NCBI GenBank assembly: GCA_963677925.2
Contig: CAXXYH010000004.1
Location: 768,001-832,000 of the forward strand
Source of the DNA: Spirochaetia bacterium
Lineage (GTDB): Bacteria; Spirochaetota; Spirochaetia; UBA9216
Length of the DNA: 64,000 bases
Direction of reading: 5' to 3'
The notes under the pieces are model-generated. The model worked only from the letters and a program-made list of their open reading frames with translations, was not told the origin of the DNA and ran no database searches. Shown piece by piece: positions 18,382 through 28,616 of this stretch. Made by a program: the position numbers and the translations under genes. Position 1 is the stretch's first letter; every line of letters begins with the position of its first letter.

Positions 18382-19011
18382 GTGGGATTCAATTATAAAG
18401 AAAAAGCCTATAAGGTTCTTAAAGAAAAAATAATCACTTGTGAATTAATGCCCGGTGCTGTGGTGGATCAGAATCAGCTGATGGAAGAGATAGGAGTCAG
18501 CAGGACTCCCGTTCGTGAAGCTGTGAACGCGCTTGAACAGGAGGGGCTGCTTGTTGTAATGCCTCGAAGAGGAGTCATTGTTTCCAATATTTCATTAAAG
18601 GAAGTCAGTCATATATATACTGTCAGGGAAACTATGGAACCGGTAATTGCCGAGCTTGCAACTCCTGTTGCTGAAATAAAAACATTGGAAAAATTTCGCG
18701 ATGTTTTTAAAAATTCTAGTGATGATTTTACGTTAGTTACTCATAACGATTATCTTCTGCATGTATATTTTGCAGAATGCACAGGTAACAGTTATTTGAT
18801 CAGGCTTATGGATAATGTTCTGTCCCACAATATGAGGATAGTTGTTCTGGGTTCAAGAATTCCGGATAGAATTAAAACAAGCAATCATGAGCATCTGGAA
18901 ATTATTGAGCGAATGCTTGATAGAAATGCGGAAGGCGCAAAACTGGCGATGCAGAAGCATATTATGTCGGCAAAAAAAATAGCCTCATCAATTAATGGAG
19001 TTGAATACTAA
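18382..19011 (+). CDS. GntR family regulator (FCD domain)
   Basis: GVSRTPVREA wHTH; C-terminal EH..II...A...M..HI. Confidence 0.93.
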   Translation: MGFNYKEKAYKVLKEKIITCELMPGAVVDQNQLMEEIGVSRTPVREAVNALEQEGLLVVMPRRGVIVSNISLKEVSHIYTVRETMEPVIAELATPVAEIKTLEKFRDVFKNSSDDFTLVTHNDYLLHVYFAECTGNSYLIRLMDNVLSHNMRIVVLGSRIPDRIKTSNHEHLEIIERMLDRNAEGAKLAMQKHIMSAKKIASSINGVEY

Positions 19012-19038
19012 GTCATCACTCTAAGATGGAGTGATAGT

Positions 19039-20073
19039 ATGAAAGCATTGCAGGTTGTTGAACCTGGAAAAATTATAGTTGCGGATCTTCCCGAACCCGG
19101 AGAACCCGGTCCCGGCGAAGTTCTTGTAAAAACAAAGGCAGCAGGTATCTGCTATTCCGATATCCACATTTACCATGGTACTTCTCCCTTTGCTCTTTAT
19201 CCCCGTGTTATCGGACATGAAGCAGTAGGTGAAGTATATAAAACCGGTGAGGGTGTTACTAAAGTAAAACCCGGCGATCGTGTGGTTCTTGAACCTATTG
19301 AACCCTGCGGACATTGCTATGCCTGCAGAAAGGGCCGCCCCAATGTATGCGAGAGTATGAATGTCAGGGGTGTAAACAAGGACGGCGGTTTTCAGGAATA
19401 TTTCACAGCCTTTGAAGACAAGGTTCATAAATTTTCAGACAGCCTGGACTGGAAAGATGCTGTCATGATTGAACCCTTCACCATTGGTGCCCAGGTCTGC
19501 TTTCGTGGCGGTGTGGAGAAGGATGATCTTGTTCTGATTATCGGAGCAGGACCCACCGGACTTGCGGTCCTCGAAAACGCAAAACTTCTCGGAGCAAAAG
19601 TGATAGTTTCCGACCTCAGTGACAAGCGTCTTGATTTTGCAAAGGAGTTCGGTGCTGATTACACAGTTAACCCTGAAAAGGCCGATCTTGCTGAAGAGGT
19701 TCGAAAAATTTCAGACGGCATGATGTGCAATGTCGTAATTGATGCCGCCGGAACTCCGGCAACACTTGAGCAGGCTGTAACGCTTGCTTCTACAGCAGCG
19801 AGAATAGTCTGTCTGGGGTTCACAGACACCTATGCAAAGATGTCTATGCTGAACATAACAAAGAAAGAACTTACGGTTGTCGGCTCAAGACTTCAGACCT
19901 ATCAGTTTGAAAAATGCGTAAAAGTCTTCAATGAGGGAAAAACAAAAATCACCAGACTGATTACCCATGTTTTTGACTACGATAAGGTGCAGGAAGCCTT
20001 TAATCTTATTGAAAATAACCAGAAAGAAATCGGGAAAATAATTCTAAGCTTTGACGTAGAGGAAGATAAATAA
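19039..20073 (+). CDS. zinc-binding sugar-acid dehydrogenase (RspB/YjmD-like)
   Basis: GICYSD, GHE, CGHCYACRKGRPNVC, GAGPTG, GSRLQ. Confidence 0.88.
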   Translation: MKALQVVEPGKIIVADLPEPGEPGPGEVLVKTKAAGICYSDIHIYHGTSPFALYPRVIGHEAVGEVYKTGEGVTKVKPGDRVVLEPIEPCGHCYACRKGRPNVCESMNVRGVNKDGGFQEYFTAFEDKVHKFSDSLDWKDAVMIEPFTIGAQVCFRGGVEKDDLVLIIGAGPTGLAVLENAKLLGAKVIVSDLSDKRLDFAKEFGADYTVNPEKADLAEEVRKISDGMMCNVVIDAAGTPATLEQAVTLASTAARIVCLGFTDTYAKMSMLNITKKELTVVGSRLQTYQFEKCVKVFNEGKTKITRLITHVFDYDKVQEAFNLIENNQKEIGKIILSFDVEEDK

Positions 20074-21143
20074 TGAAAATGACCTGGAGATGGTTCGGGC
20101 AGGGAAATGACAGCATCACCCTTGATCAGATAAAACAAATACCCGGAGTTGAGGGGATAGTCTGGTCCCTGCACGACAAGGTTGCCGGAGAGCTCTGGGA
20201 CTCAGAGCGAATAAAAGCTGAGGCTGATTTTATAAAGGCAGCCGGCTTCAATGCTGAAGTAGTTGAGAGTGTAAATATTCATGACTCAATTAAAATAGGC
20301 TCTCCGGAGAGAGACCGTTACATAGATATTTATATCGATACCATAGAAAAGCTTTCGAAGGTTGGGGTAAAGGTAATCTGCTACAACTTTATGCCGGTTT
20401 TTGACTGGATCAGAACAGATCTTTACAAAGGCCTGTCCGATGGTTCGAATGCTCTCTTTTACGAAAAGCTGAAGGCTGAAGTTGATCCGCAGGATTTGAT
20501 TGGTGAAATTCTCAAGAACGGCAATAAATTCACAATGCCGGGCTGGGAGCCTGAAAGACTTGCCGGTATCAGTGAACTGTTTGAAGCTTATAAAGATGTA
20601 GATGAAGCAAAACTTACTGAAAACTGTAAGTACTTTCTTGAAAGAATAATGCCTGCGTGTGAAAAATATGATGTGAAAATGGCCATTCACCCGGATGATC
20701 CGCCATGGCCTATGTACGGTCTTCCACGTATTATCCGAAGTGCCGATCATATTGATCGCTTTCTGAAGCTGGTGGACAGTCCCTGCAACGGGCTGACCTT
20801 CTGTACCGGTTCGCTTGGTGCCAACCCGGAAAATGATCTTCCTGCAATGATACGCAGGTTCGGTGATCGTATTCATTTTGCGCACGTCAGAAATCTTAAA
20901 TATTTGGACGGCGGAAACTTCATTGAATCATCTCACAAGACCAGCGATGGAAATCTTGATGTAGCAGAGATAGTAAAAGCACTGCTTGAGGTCTCTCCTG
21001 ATGCCTATATCCGCCCTGATCATGGACGTCATATCTGGGGTGAGGAATCGGAATGCCGTCCCGGATACGGTCTTTATGACAGGGCTCTTGGAGTCATGTA
21101 TCTTAACGGGCTGATTGATGCCTACGGAAACTGCGGAGAATAG
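20073..21143 (+). CDS. uxuA: mannonate dehydratase
   Basis: MTWRWFG, CYNFMP, HPDDPP, RPDHG, PGYGLYDRALG. Confidence 0.96.
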   Translation: MKMTWRWFGQGNDSITLDQIKQIPGVEGIVWSLHDKVAGELWDSERIKAEADFIKAAGFNAEVVESVNIHDSIKIGSPERDRYIDIYIDTIEKLSKVGVKVICYNFMPVFDWIRTDLYKGLSDGSNALFYEKLKAEVDPQDLIGEILKNGNKFTMPGWEPERLAGISELFEAYKDVDEAKLTENCKYFLERIMPACEKYDVKMAIHPDDPPWPMYGLPRIIRSADHIDRFLKLVDSPCNGLTFCTGSLGANPENDLPAMIRRFGDRIHFAHVRNLKYLDGGNFIESSHKTSDGNLDVAEIVKALLEVSPDAYIRPDHGRHIWGEESECRPGYGLYDRALGVMYLNGLIDAYGNCGE

Positions 21144-21145
21144 AA

Positions 21146-22750
21146 ATGCCTGAACTTAAGCTTAAAACTCTCAATAATTCGGGATGGGAATCCGCCGGTG
21201 TTAAAACTCCTGCCTTTGATATTCAGGCAATGAAAGAAAGAACCTCCCGTAAGCCTGAATGGGTCCACTTCGGTGCGGGAAACATATTCCGCGGCTTTAT
21301 TGCGGCAAACCACCAGCACCTGCTTGAGGCAGGCAAGGCGGATACAGGAATTATTGCTGTTGAAACATTTGACTACGAGATAATTGATAAAATCTATAAG
21401 CCTTATGACAAGCTGACACTTAATGTTTCCGCCTCTGCCGACGGAACGCTTAAAAAGGAAATAACTGCATCCGTTGCGGAAGCTCTGAAAGGTGATATGG
21501 AACCGGGAGCTGATACCGGCAGACTGAAATCGGTATTCGGGGCACCCTCGCTCAAAATGGTTAGTTTCACTGTTACAGAAAAGGGCTATACAATAAGCGG
21601 AACAGACGGACAGCTGATGCCTGTGGTTCTGAAAGATCTCGATGCCGGACCTGAAAAGCCCTCCCATCTTATGTGCATCCTTACCTCTCTTATGCTTCAC
21701 CGATATAAAAGCGGGGCCCTTCCTGTTGCTCTTGTGAGCATGGACAACTGCTCACATAACGGTGAGAAGCTTATGAATACTGTACTTCAGGTTGCCGAAG
21801 AATGGAAAATACGCGGCTTTTTGAATCAGGAATTTATTGAATATCTGAAAAATCCAAAGCTTGTGTCTTTCCCCTGGTCAATGATCGACCGCATCACACC
21901 AAGGCCTTCAGATGATATTAAAGATGATCTGGAGCTTGCAGGAATAAGCGGAATGGCGCCGGTAATAACTTCAAGAAATACTTATATAGCACCCTTTGTA
22001 AATTCCGAGGAAACGAAATATTTGTTTATTGAAGATTTGTTTCCTAACGGAAGAATTGAGCTTGGCGATACCGAGGGTATGTGGTTTACCGACAGAGAGA
22101 CCGTTAACCGCATAGAGACTATGAAGGTCACAACCTGTCTGAATCCTCTGCATACGGCAATTGCTGTGACTGGCTGTATGTTTAACTATACCCTGGTCTC
22201 AGAAGCTGTAAAGGATGCCGAAATTGACAGGCTGATCAAGCGTATAGGTTACGATGAAGGTCTGCCGGTTGTAATCGATCCGGGAATTATCAGTGCTAAA
22301 GATTTTCTTGATGAAGTCTATTTCAGGCGCCTTAGAAACCCCTATATCCCCGACAGCCCTGCAAGGATTGCCTCTGATACTTCGCTCAAAGTCGGTATCC
22401 GCTTCGGTGAAACAATTAAGGCTTACCACAGGAATGGAAAGGCCTCTGAGTCGCTTATAGGTATACCGCTTGCTATTGCTGCGTGGCTTAGATACCTGAT
22501 GGGTACTGATGATAAGGGTGAACCGCTGGAGATAAGTGTTGATCCGCAGAAGGATTATCTGGTTGAAATACTTCATGGCTCCGAATCCAATGAGGGGCAT
22601 CCCGATCTCAGGCCTGTTCTGTCGAATGCTGCAATATTCGGAATTGATCTGTATGAGGCTGGAATTGGAGATCTTACTCAGAAGCTGTTTAATGAAATGA
22701 ATTCAGGTGCCGGAGCTGTCAGAAAGACATTATCAAGCCGCCTGACCTGA
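21146..22750 (+). CDS. uxuB: mannitol dehydrogenase family protein (D-mannonate oxidoreductase)
   Basis: WVHFGAGNIFR, TVTEKGY, SMDNCSHNG, MIDRITP, KVTTCLNPLH; adjacent to uxuA. Confidence 0.85.
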   Translation: MPELKLKTLNNSGWESAGVKTPAFDIQAMKERTSRKPEWVHFGAGNIFRGFIAANHQHLLEAGKADTGIIAVETFDYEIIDKIYKPYDKLTLNVSASADGTLKKEITASVAEALKGDMEPGADTGRLKSVFGAPSLKMVSFTVTEKGYTISGTDGQLMPVVLKDLDAGPEKPSHLMCILTSLMLHRYKSGALPVALVSMDNCSHNGEKLMNTVLQVAEEWKIRGFLNQEFIEYLKNPKLVSFPWSMIDRITPRPSDDIKDDLELAGISGMAPVITSRNTYIAPFVNSEETKYLFIEDLFPNGRIELGDTEGMWFTDRETVNRIETMKVTTCLNPLHTAIAVTGCMFNYTLVSEAVKDAEIDRLIKRIGYDEGLPVVIDPGIISAKDFLDEVYFRRLRNPYIPDSPARIASDTSLKVGIRFGETIKAYHRNGKASESLIGIPLAIAAWLRYLMGTDDKGEPLEISVDPQKDYLVEILHGSESNEGHPDLRPVLSNAAIFGIDLYEAGIGDLTQKLFNEMNSGAGAVRKTLSSRLT

Positions 22751-22823
22751 AGAACTTAAAAAAATGTATGCAGAAAATGCTGCTAAGGTTTACAGCCTTA
22801 GCTGATTTTGCTATGAATTAATA

Positions 22824-23282
22824 ATGATTAGGGACGTAGAAATAAGCAGAGCAGATCTGAACGACGTTGAAGAATTGAGCAGTCTTTTAAATATACTTTT
22901 CAGTATGGAAGCTGAGTTCACACCGGACAAGGACGCCCAGATGCGGGGCCTTGGAATGATAATTGAAGATCCGGATACCGGATTTATTCTGAAAGCGGTA
23001 CACCAGAACCAGATTGTTGGAATGGTTAATATTCTTTTTACTGTATCAACCGCACTTGGAAAGAGGGTAGCCATCCTTGAAGATCTTGTAATTCATCCTG
23101 ACTACAGAAGGAATAGAATCGCCTCCGAGCTGATCAGGGCGGTAGAGCGCAATCTTCTTGAATTTGATATAGGAAGGCTTACCCTTCTGACCGATGATAC
23201 AAACGCGGAATCGCAGAGTTTTTACCTTAAAAACGGATTTTTTAAATCCGAGATGGTTGTATTCCGAAAGCTGGAAGGATAG
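22824..23282 (+). CDS. GNAT family acetyltransferase
   Basis: LEDLVIHPDYRRNRIA, LLTD..N...FY.KNGF. Confidence 0.9.
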   Translation: MIRDVEISRADLNDVEELSSLLNILFSMEAEFTPDKDAQMRGLGMIIEDPDTGFILKAVHQNQIVGMVNILFTVSTALGKRVAILEDLVIHPDYRRNRIASELIRAVERNLLEFDIGRLTLLTDDTNAESQSFYLKNGFFKSEMVVFRKLEG

Positions 23283-23293
23283 AGATTAAAACA

Positions 23294-23326
23294 GGCTGCC
23301 TGACGTAAAAGTCGGCAGCTTTTTTT
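23294..23326 (+). terminator. intrinsic terminator
   Basis: GCTGCCTGAC-GTAAAA-GTCGGCAGC followed by a T7 tract. Confidence 0.7.
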
Positions 23327-23338
23327 ATACGCTATAAT

Positions 23339-24364
23339 TCAGTCCCAGTGAAGCAGAACCTTTCCGGCCCGTCCTGTTCGCATGATCTCGAATCCTTCAT
23401 GAAAATTGTCAACCGGCAGCTCATGTGTGATTATAGGGTCAATCTCAAGGCCTGTTCTGACCATCGCGGCCATCTTATACCAGGTTTCAAACATTTCACG
23501 TCCGTAGATCCCCTTTAGGGTAAGTCCCTTGAATATGATTTCACTCCAGTCTATTTCACTTTGGCCGGAAGGCAGTCCGAGCATTGCTACGCGTCCTCCG
23601 TTATTCATAAGAGAAAACATCTGCCGCTGTGCTGAAGGATTCCCAGACATCTCAAGTCCGACGTCAAATCCTTCAAGCATATGAAGTTCGCTCATGACAT
23701 CCGGAAGATTTTCCCGCGCGGTGTTAACAGTTTTTGTAACACCGAAATCTCTGGCAAGCTGAAGGCGGTAGTCATTAACGTCTGTGATGATAATATATCG
23801 GGCTCCGGCATGACGTGCCACAGCGGCCGCCATTATCCCTATCGGGCCTGCGCCTGTGATTAGAACATCTTCTCCGACTAAATCATATGCTAGCGCGGTA
23901 TGAACCGCGTTTCCAAGGGGATCAAAGATGGCTGCGATCCGGTCGGGGATATAATCATCAAGCTTAAATGCGTTGTATGCAGGAAGAACAAGATATTCTG
24001 CAAAACAGCCGGTCCGGTTAACCCCGATACCGCTTGTATTGCGGCAGAGATGACGCTTTCCTGCACGGCAGTTTCTGCAGTGCCCGCAGGTGATATGTCC
24101 TTCACCGGTAACCCTGTCGCCGATATGAAATCCGTCGACTTCGCTTCCGGCTTTTTCTACTACACCCACAAACTCATGACCGGTTATCATCGGTACAGGT
24201 ATTGTCTTTCTTGACCACTCATCCCAGTTGTAAATATGGACATCGGTGCCGCAGATGGCTGTAATCTTTATCCTTATAAGCAGATCGTTAGGTCCGTATT
24301 CCGGAACAGGTGAATCAATCATCCACAGGCCGGGTTCTGATTTTGTCTTTGCCAGCGCTTTCAT
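23339..24364 (-). CDS. tdh: L-threonine 3-dehydrogenase
   Basis: [42 protein letters not shown]. Confidence 0.97.
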   Translation of the reverse strand: MKALAKTKSEPGLWMIDSPVPEYGPNDLLIRIKITAICGTDVHIYNWDEWSRKTIPVPMITGHEFVGVVEKAGSEVDGFHIGDRVTGEGHITCGHCRNCRAGKRHLCRNTSGIGVNRTGCFAEYLVLPAYNAFKLDDYIPDRIAAIFDPLGNAVHTALAYDLVGEDVLITGAGPIGIMAAAVARHAGARYIIITDVNDYRLQLARDFGVTKTVNTARENLPDVMSELHMLEGFDVGLEMSGNPSAQRQMFSLMNNGGRVAMLGLPSGQSEIDWSEIIFKGLTLKGIYGREMFETWYKMAAMVRTGLEIDPIITHELPVDNFHEGFEIMRTGRAGKVLLHWD

Positions 24365-24367
24365 GAT

Positions 24368-25555
24368 TTAAATAACCCCCAGTTCCTTTCCGGCTGCAGC
24401 GATGGTTTCTACCGCCTGCCGGACCTGTTCAGTGCTGTGTGCCGCCGACATCTGAAAACGAATCCTTGCCTGTCCTTCAGGCACTACAGGATAGCTGAAT
24501 CCCACTGCATAGACCCCTCGTTCAAGCAGAAGGTCCGCCATTTTAACGGCAAGCGGGGCATCATAAAGCATCAGCGGAACAATCGGGTGTACACCTTCCA
24601 CTATTGTAAACCCGGCGGACTTCAGGCCTTCCCGGAATATTTCTGTATTGTTATTAAGGGCAGTACGGAGGTCGCCGCTGCCGCGCAGCATCTCCAGAGT
24701 TTTCAGTGCAGTATATGTCATAACCGGTGCAAGCGAATTTGAGAAAAGATAAGGACGTGAACGCTGACGCAGCCAGTCAATAATTTCCCTGCGGCCTGAA
24801 GTATAACCGCCGGAGGCCCCTCCCAGAGCCTTTCCCAGTGTTCCCGTTACAATATCAACGCGATCCCGGACTCCGCAGTATTCAGGCGTCCCGGTACCGT
24901 TTTCTCCGATAAAACCTACAGCGTGAGAATCATCAACCATGACAATTGCGTCATAGCGGTCAGCCAGTTCGCAGATTCCTGCAAGATTAGCAATTATACC
25001 GTCCATTGAAAAAACCCCGTCTGTGGCTATTAGTCTGAAGCGGCAGTTCGAGGCTTCTTTGAGGCAGTTTTCAAGCTCTCCCATATTGTTGTTTGCATAA
25101 CGCATCCTCCGCGCCTTTGAGAGCCTTACACCGTCAATGATGCTGGCATGGTTTAAAGCATCCGAGATAATTACATCCTCTTCCCCGAGAATTGTTTCAA
25201 AGAGTCCGCCGTTTGCATCGAAGCAGGATGAGTAAAGTATTGTGCTTTGAGTTCCGAGAAAGCTGCTTAACTGTTTTTCAAGTTCCTGATGAATCGACTG
25301 TGTCCCGCAGATAAACCTTACCGATGACAGTCCGTACCCGTATTGTTCAAGCCCCTCTTTGGCCGCGGCTATCAGTTCCGGGCTGTCTGAAAGTCCCAGG
25401 TAGTTATTGGCGCAGAAATTAATTACCTTCCGGCCGTCTTCAAGAGTAATTTCAGCCTGCTGGGGAGAACAGATAGTGCGTTCCTGTTTGTACAGGCCTT
25501 TTGCTTTAAGCGCCCCGGCTTCATTCCTGTAGAAATCAAAGATCTTCCTGCTCAT
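24368..25555 (-). CDS. kbl: glycine C-acetyltransferase (2-amino-3-ketobutyrate CoA ligase)
   Basis: [48 protein letters not shown]. Confidence 0.97.
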   Translation of the reverse strand: MSRKIFDFYRNEAGALKAKGLYKQERTICSPQQAEITLEDGRKVINFCANNYLGLSDSPELIAAAKEGLEQYGYGLSSVRFICGTQSIHQELEKQLSSFLGTQSTILYSSCFDANGGLFETILGEEDVIISDALNHASIIDGVRLSKARRMRYANNNMGELENCLKEASNCRFRLIATDGVFSMDGIIANLAGICELADRYDAIVMVDDSHAVGFIGENGTGTPEYCGVRDRVDIVTGTLGKALGGASGGYTSGRREIIDWLRQRSRPYLFSNSLAPVMTYTALKTLEMLRGSGDLRTALNNNTEIFREGLKSAGFTIVEGVHPIVPLMLYDAPLAVKMADLLLERGVYAVGFSYPVVPEGQARIRFQMSAAHSTEQVRQAVETIAAAGKELGVI

Positions 25556-25674
25556 ATCAGCCTCCTGATGGTATATTTTACCACGGTTCCTGATAGACCG
25601 GTAATTTCTAAATGATATTTAGGCTTATAGCTTGACCGGCCGTATGAAAATCCAATAAATTTATAGCAAATCTT

Positions 25675-25770
25675 CGAGTCCCGTGCTCCTAAATGAAGTC
25701 TCAACTCACATGGAGCCTGGACCGACAGGGTGTTGCCGGAAACAGCAATGCCTCCCGACTGGAAAGGAGA
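25675..25770 (+). ncRNA. structured 5' leader, candidate ldcC-motif RNA (polyamine-associated orphan cis-regulatory RNA)
   Basis: Hairpin GGTGTTGC-c-G-GAAA-C-a-GCAATGCC; anti-SD CTCC able to pair with GGAG of the SD; 5' pairings GCTCC/GGAGC or CCGTG/CATGG; promoter-like TTGACC-N18-TAAATT just upstream. Family assignment is from memory of the motif plus gene context. Confidence 0.55.
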
Positions 25771-25775
25771 TAAAA

Positions 25776-27224
25776 ATGAAAGACAGTTATGAACTGTGGA
25801 TTAATGGAGGCTGGGTGCCCTCCAGAGGAAAGGACAGGATTGATGTTATCAACCCTGCCACCGGTCAAAAGTTTCAGAGCGTACCAGATGCAGCGGTTTC
25901 TGATTTTGAATCAGCTGTTGCTGCGGCGGAAAAAGCCTTTTATGAAGGGCCCTGGAGCGAGAGCACACCGGCCGAACGTTCCGGAATAATCTGGAAGATG
26001 GCAGATCTTATCGAAAAATACTCCGACGAACTTGCAGCGCTTGAGACCGAAAATACCGGAAAGCCGCTGGAATATCAATGCAAGGCAGTTGATATTCATG
26101 ATTCAATCGACAACTTCAGGTATTATGCAACCCTTGCAAGAGATACGCATGGTATTGCCTCAGGTCAGTATGTTAAAGGTCTTACCCATGTTTTCCGCCA
26201 TGAACCTGTAGGAGTTGTCGGCCAGATAACACCCTGGAATTATCCATTTCAGATGGCCGCCTGGAAGATCGGCCCGGCCCTTGCGGCAGGCTGCACAATA
26301 ATTATGAAACCTGCTTCAAATACGCCCCTGTCCACTCTTCGTCTTGGAGAGATTGCAAAGGAGGCAGGCCTTCCCGACGGTGTTCTTAATATAGTAACCG
26401 GGCGCGGTGCAAAAGCTGAGGTCCTTGCGACTCATCCGGCAGTACGCCTTGTAAGCCTTACCGGTTCAACCGGAACCGGACGGAGAATTATGGAGCTTGC
26501 TTCCGGAACGATGAAGCGTACCCATATGGAGCTGGGTGGAAAGGCTCCTGTTGTTGTTTTTGAAGATGCCGATATCGCAAAGGTTGCTGAAACTGCTGTT
26601 CTGGGCGGAACCTTTAACGCCGGCCAGGACTGTACCGCGGCAACCAGAATCTACGTTCATGAAGGCCGGTATAAGCAGCTGCTGGAGGCTGTCACTGCCG
26701 CAGCAGAGGCTGTGAAAGTCGGAGATCCGCTGAATCCTGAAACAGAAGTCGGGCCTCTCATCAGCTCAAAACAGCTTGAGCGAGTTTCCGGCTTTGTCGA
26801 GCGTGCAAAATCTGCAGGTGCCAGAGTCCTGACCGGCGGACGGAAAATGTCCGAACTTGGAAGCGGATACTTCTATGCGCCGACAGTTATTGCAGATGCA
26901 AAGCAGGGTTCAGAGATTATCCAGGAGGAGGTCTTCGGGCCTGTTCTGACAATCAATACATTTAAGGACGAGGCAGAGGCTGTGAGGCTTGGGAATGATG
27001 TCGTCTACGGCTTGGCTGCATCGGTATGGACCGCTGATGTTGCCCGTGCAATGAGGGTTTCCCATAAGCTGGAGTTCGGAACCGTATGGGTTAATAATCA
27101 TCTTATTGTGGCTTCAGAAGCTCCTCACGGCGGATTCAAGCAGTCCGGCTTTGGAAAGGAGCTTTCACTTGAAGCTGTCAGCGAATACCTTGTCACCAAG
27201 AATATCGCTATTACTACCGAATAG
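25776..27224 (+). CDS. aldehyde dehydrogenase, likely gamma-aminobutyraldehyde/aminoaldehyde dehydrogenase (PatD-like)
   Basis: Start ATG 25776 after AAGGAG; ITPWNYP, WKIGPALAAG, SLTGS, ELGGKAP, NAGQDCTAATR, EEVFGPV, PHGGFKQSG. Confidence 0.85.
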   Translation: MKDSYELWINGGWVPSRGKDRIDVINPATGQKFQSVPDAAVSDFESAVAAAEKAFYEGPWSESTPAERSGIIWKMADLIEKYSDELAALETENTGKPLEYQCKAVDIHDSIDNFRYYATLARDTHGIASGQYVKGLTHVFRHEPVGVVGQITPWNYPFQMAAWKIGPALAAGCTIIMKPASNTPLSTLRLGEIAKEAGLPDGVLNIVTGRGAKAEVLATHPAVRLVSLTGSTGTGRRIMELASGTMKRTHMELGGKAPVVVFEDADIAKVAETAVLGGTFNAGQDCTAATRIYVHEGRYKQLLEAVTAAAEAVKVGDPLNPETEVGPLISSKQLERVSGFVERAKSAGARVLTGGRKMSELGSGYFYAPTVIADAKQGSEIIQEEVFGPVLTINTFKDEAEAVRLGNDVVYGLAASVWTADVARAMRVSHKLEFGTVWVNNHLIVASEAPHGGFKQSGFGKELSLEAVSEYLVTKNIAITTE

Positions 27225-27231
27225 AATAAAT

Positions 27232-27271
27232 AAAAAGCCGGGCTGAGGAGTTCCTCTTCCCGGCTTTTTTT
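27232..27271. terminator. bidirectional intrinsic terminator
   Basis: AAAAAGCCGGG...GAGGA-GT-TCCTC...CCCGGCTTTTTT between convergent genes. Confidence 0.8.
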
Positions 27272-27288
27272 GATTCTGCGGAATAGAA

Positions 27289-28500
27289 TTATTTCGCAAA
27301 CTTCATTGCTTCAAGTGCGAATACCTTTTCTTCGTCAGTCGGAATTACCCAGGCCTTGAGTCCGGGGATAAGACCGCTTTCGGCTACAATGACTTCCTCG
27401 TTTCTGGCCATGATTGTATTTTCATCAATCTTCCACTTGTAGAGCTTCATGAAGCCCATTACCTTCTTTCTGAAGTAGCCTTCATTTTCACCGATTCCTC
27501 CGGTGAAGATGATTCCCTTCGGATTTTCCATTGTTCCGATATAGGCGGAAAAATATTTTGCAACACGGTATGCAACAGTCTGAATGGTTACCTCTGCCTC
27601 GATGTCTCCCTTTTCGGCCTCCATCCTTATTTTGTTCATGTCCTTGAGTCCGTTCTTGTTGTAGAGGCCCAGAAGTCCTGATTCCTTGTTGAGTATACGG
27701 ATAATTTCCTTGATGTCGGTGTTCAGGTTGTCGGCCATAAGTTCAAGAGCGCCCGGATCTATGTCGCCGCTTCTTGTTCCCATGATAAGGCCTTCGAGAG
27801 GGGTTGTTCCCATACTTGTATCGGTTCCCTTTCCGCCTTCAACCTTCGCAATTGAACATCCGTTTCCAAGATGTGCAATAACGCAGTTTGTTTCATCGGT
27901 GCTCAGGTTGTTTAGTTCGGCGAATCTGCTGCTGATGTATGTGTAGGACGCACCATGGAATCCGTAGCGCTGTATCTTGTAGTCATCGAGCCAGTGGCTT
28001 GGAACTCCGTACTGTCTTACATACCTGGGCATCTCGGCATGGAACTGGGTGTCAAAGATTGCCGCATTCGGGACCTTGCCGAAAACAGAATCGGCAAGCG
28101 CCGCCTCGATTATCTGAAGGTTGGCCGGATTGTGAAGCGGAGCGAGTGATGAGTATTCTTCAATCGATTTCATGACCTTTTCATCAATAAGTGCGGTTTC
28201 AGTAAATTCCGGTCCGCCGTGAACAACCCTGTGTCCGGCTGCTACTATGTTGAGTTCCGGATATCTCTCTGAAATGAGACTTGTAATTGCTGTCAGGGCC
28301 GTCTTATGGTCCTTCATCGGAGTGTCGATTGTTTCTTTTCCGTCAGCGGTTTTAACATCGATATAACCGTGGTCCATTCCCAGGCCCTGGCAGTTAAAGT
28401 CGACAATTGTCTCGACATCGGCGCCGTTTACTTCTTTTACTGATATTTTGATAGAGGAGCTTCCTCCGTTAAAACAGATTACATGCTGCTTCTGTGACAT
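27289..28500 (-). CDS. ackA: acetate kinase
   Basis: NGGSSSIK, GHRVVHGG, LAPLHNP, FDTQFH, RYGFHG, HLGNG, GTRSGDIDP, FTGGIGEN, PTDEE. Confidence 0.93.
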   Translation of the reverse strand: MSQKQHVICFNGGSSSIKISVKEVNGADVETIVDFNCQGLGMDHGYIDVKTADGKETIDTPMKDHKTALTAITSLISERYPELNIVAAGHRVVHGGPEFTETALIDEKVMKSIEEYSSLAPLHNPANLQIIEAALADSVFGKVPNAAIFDTQFHAEMPRYVRQYGVPSHWLDDYKIQRYGFHGASYTYISSRFAELNNLSTDETNCVIAHLGNGCSIAKVEGGKGTDTSMGTTPLEGLIMGTRSGDIDPGALELMADNLNTDIKEIIRILNKESGLLGLYNKNGLKDMNKIRMEAEKGDIEAEVTIQTVAYRVAKYFSAYIGTMENPKGIIFTGGIGENEGYFRKKVMGFMKLYKWKIDENTIMARNEEVIVAESGLIPGLKAWVIPTDEEKVFALEAMKFAK

Positions 28501-28616
28501 ATTTTTCTCCGGTCTGTGTTTGTTTTGTCTGAGTATAATATCATATTCTGGCTATAATTCCAGTTCGACATTCCGGTCTACTTGCGAAAAGCCGGAATAT
28601 TGAATACTTTTTAAGT

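Noticed and set aside
20286-22600. Minus-strand ORFs of 130-200 aa
   Set aside because: Antisense to uxuA and uxuB
25675-25770. Guanidine-I (ykkC), lysine or glycine riboswitch identity for the leader
   Set aside because: I could not find their characteristic consensus blocks, and the leader is too short for a lysine or tandem glycine aptamer
23339-28500. kbl-tdh and ackA as a single threonine-to-acetate operon
   Set aside because: Separated by an oppositely oriented gene and a terminator, and no pta is present; proximity may be incidental
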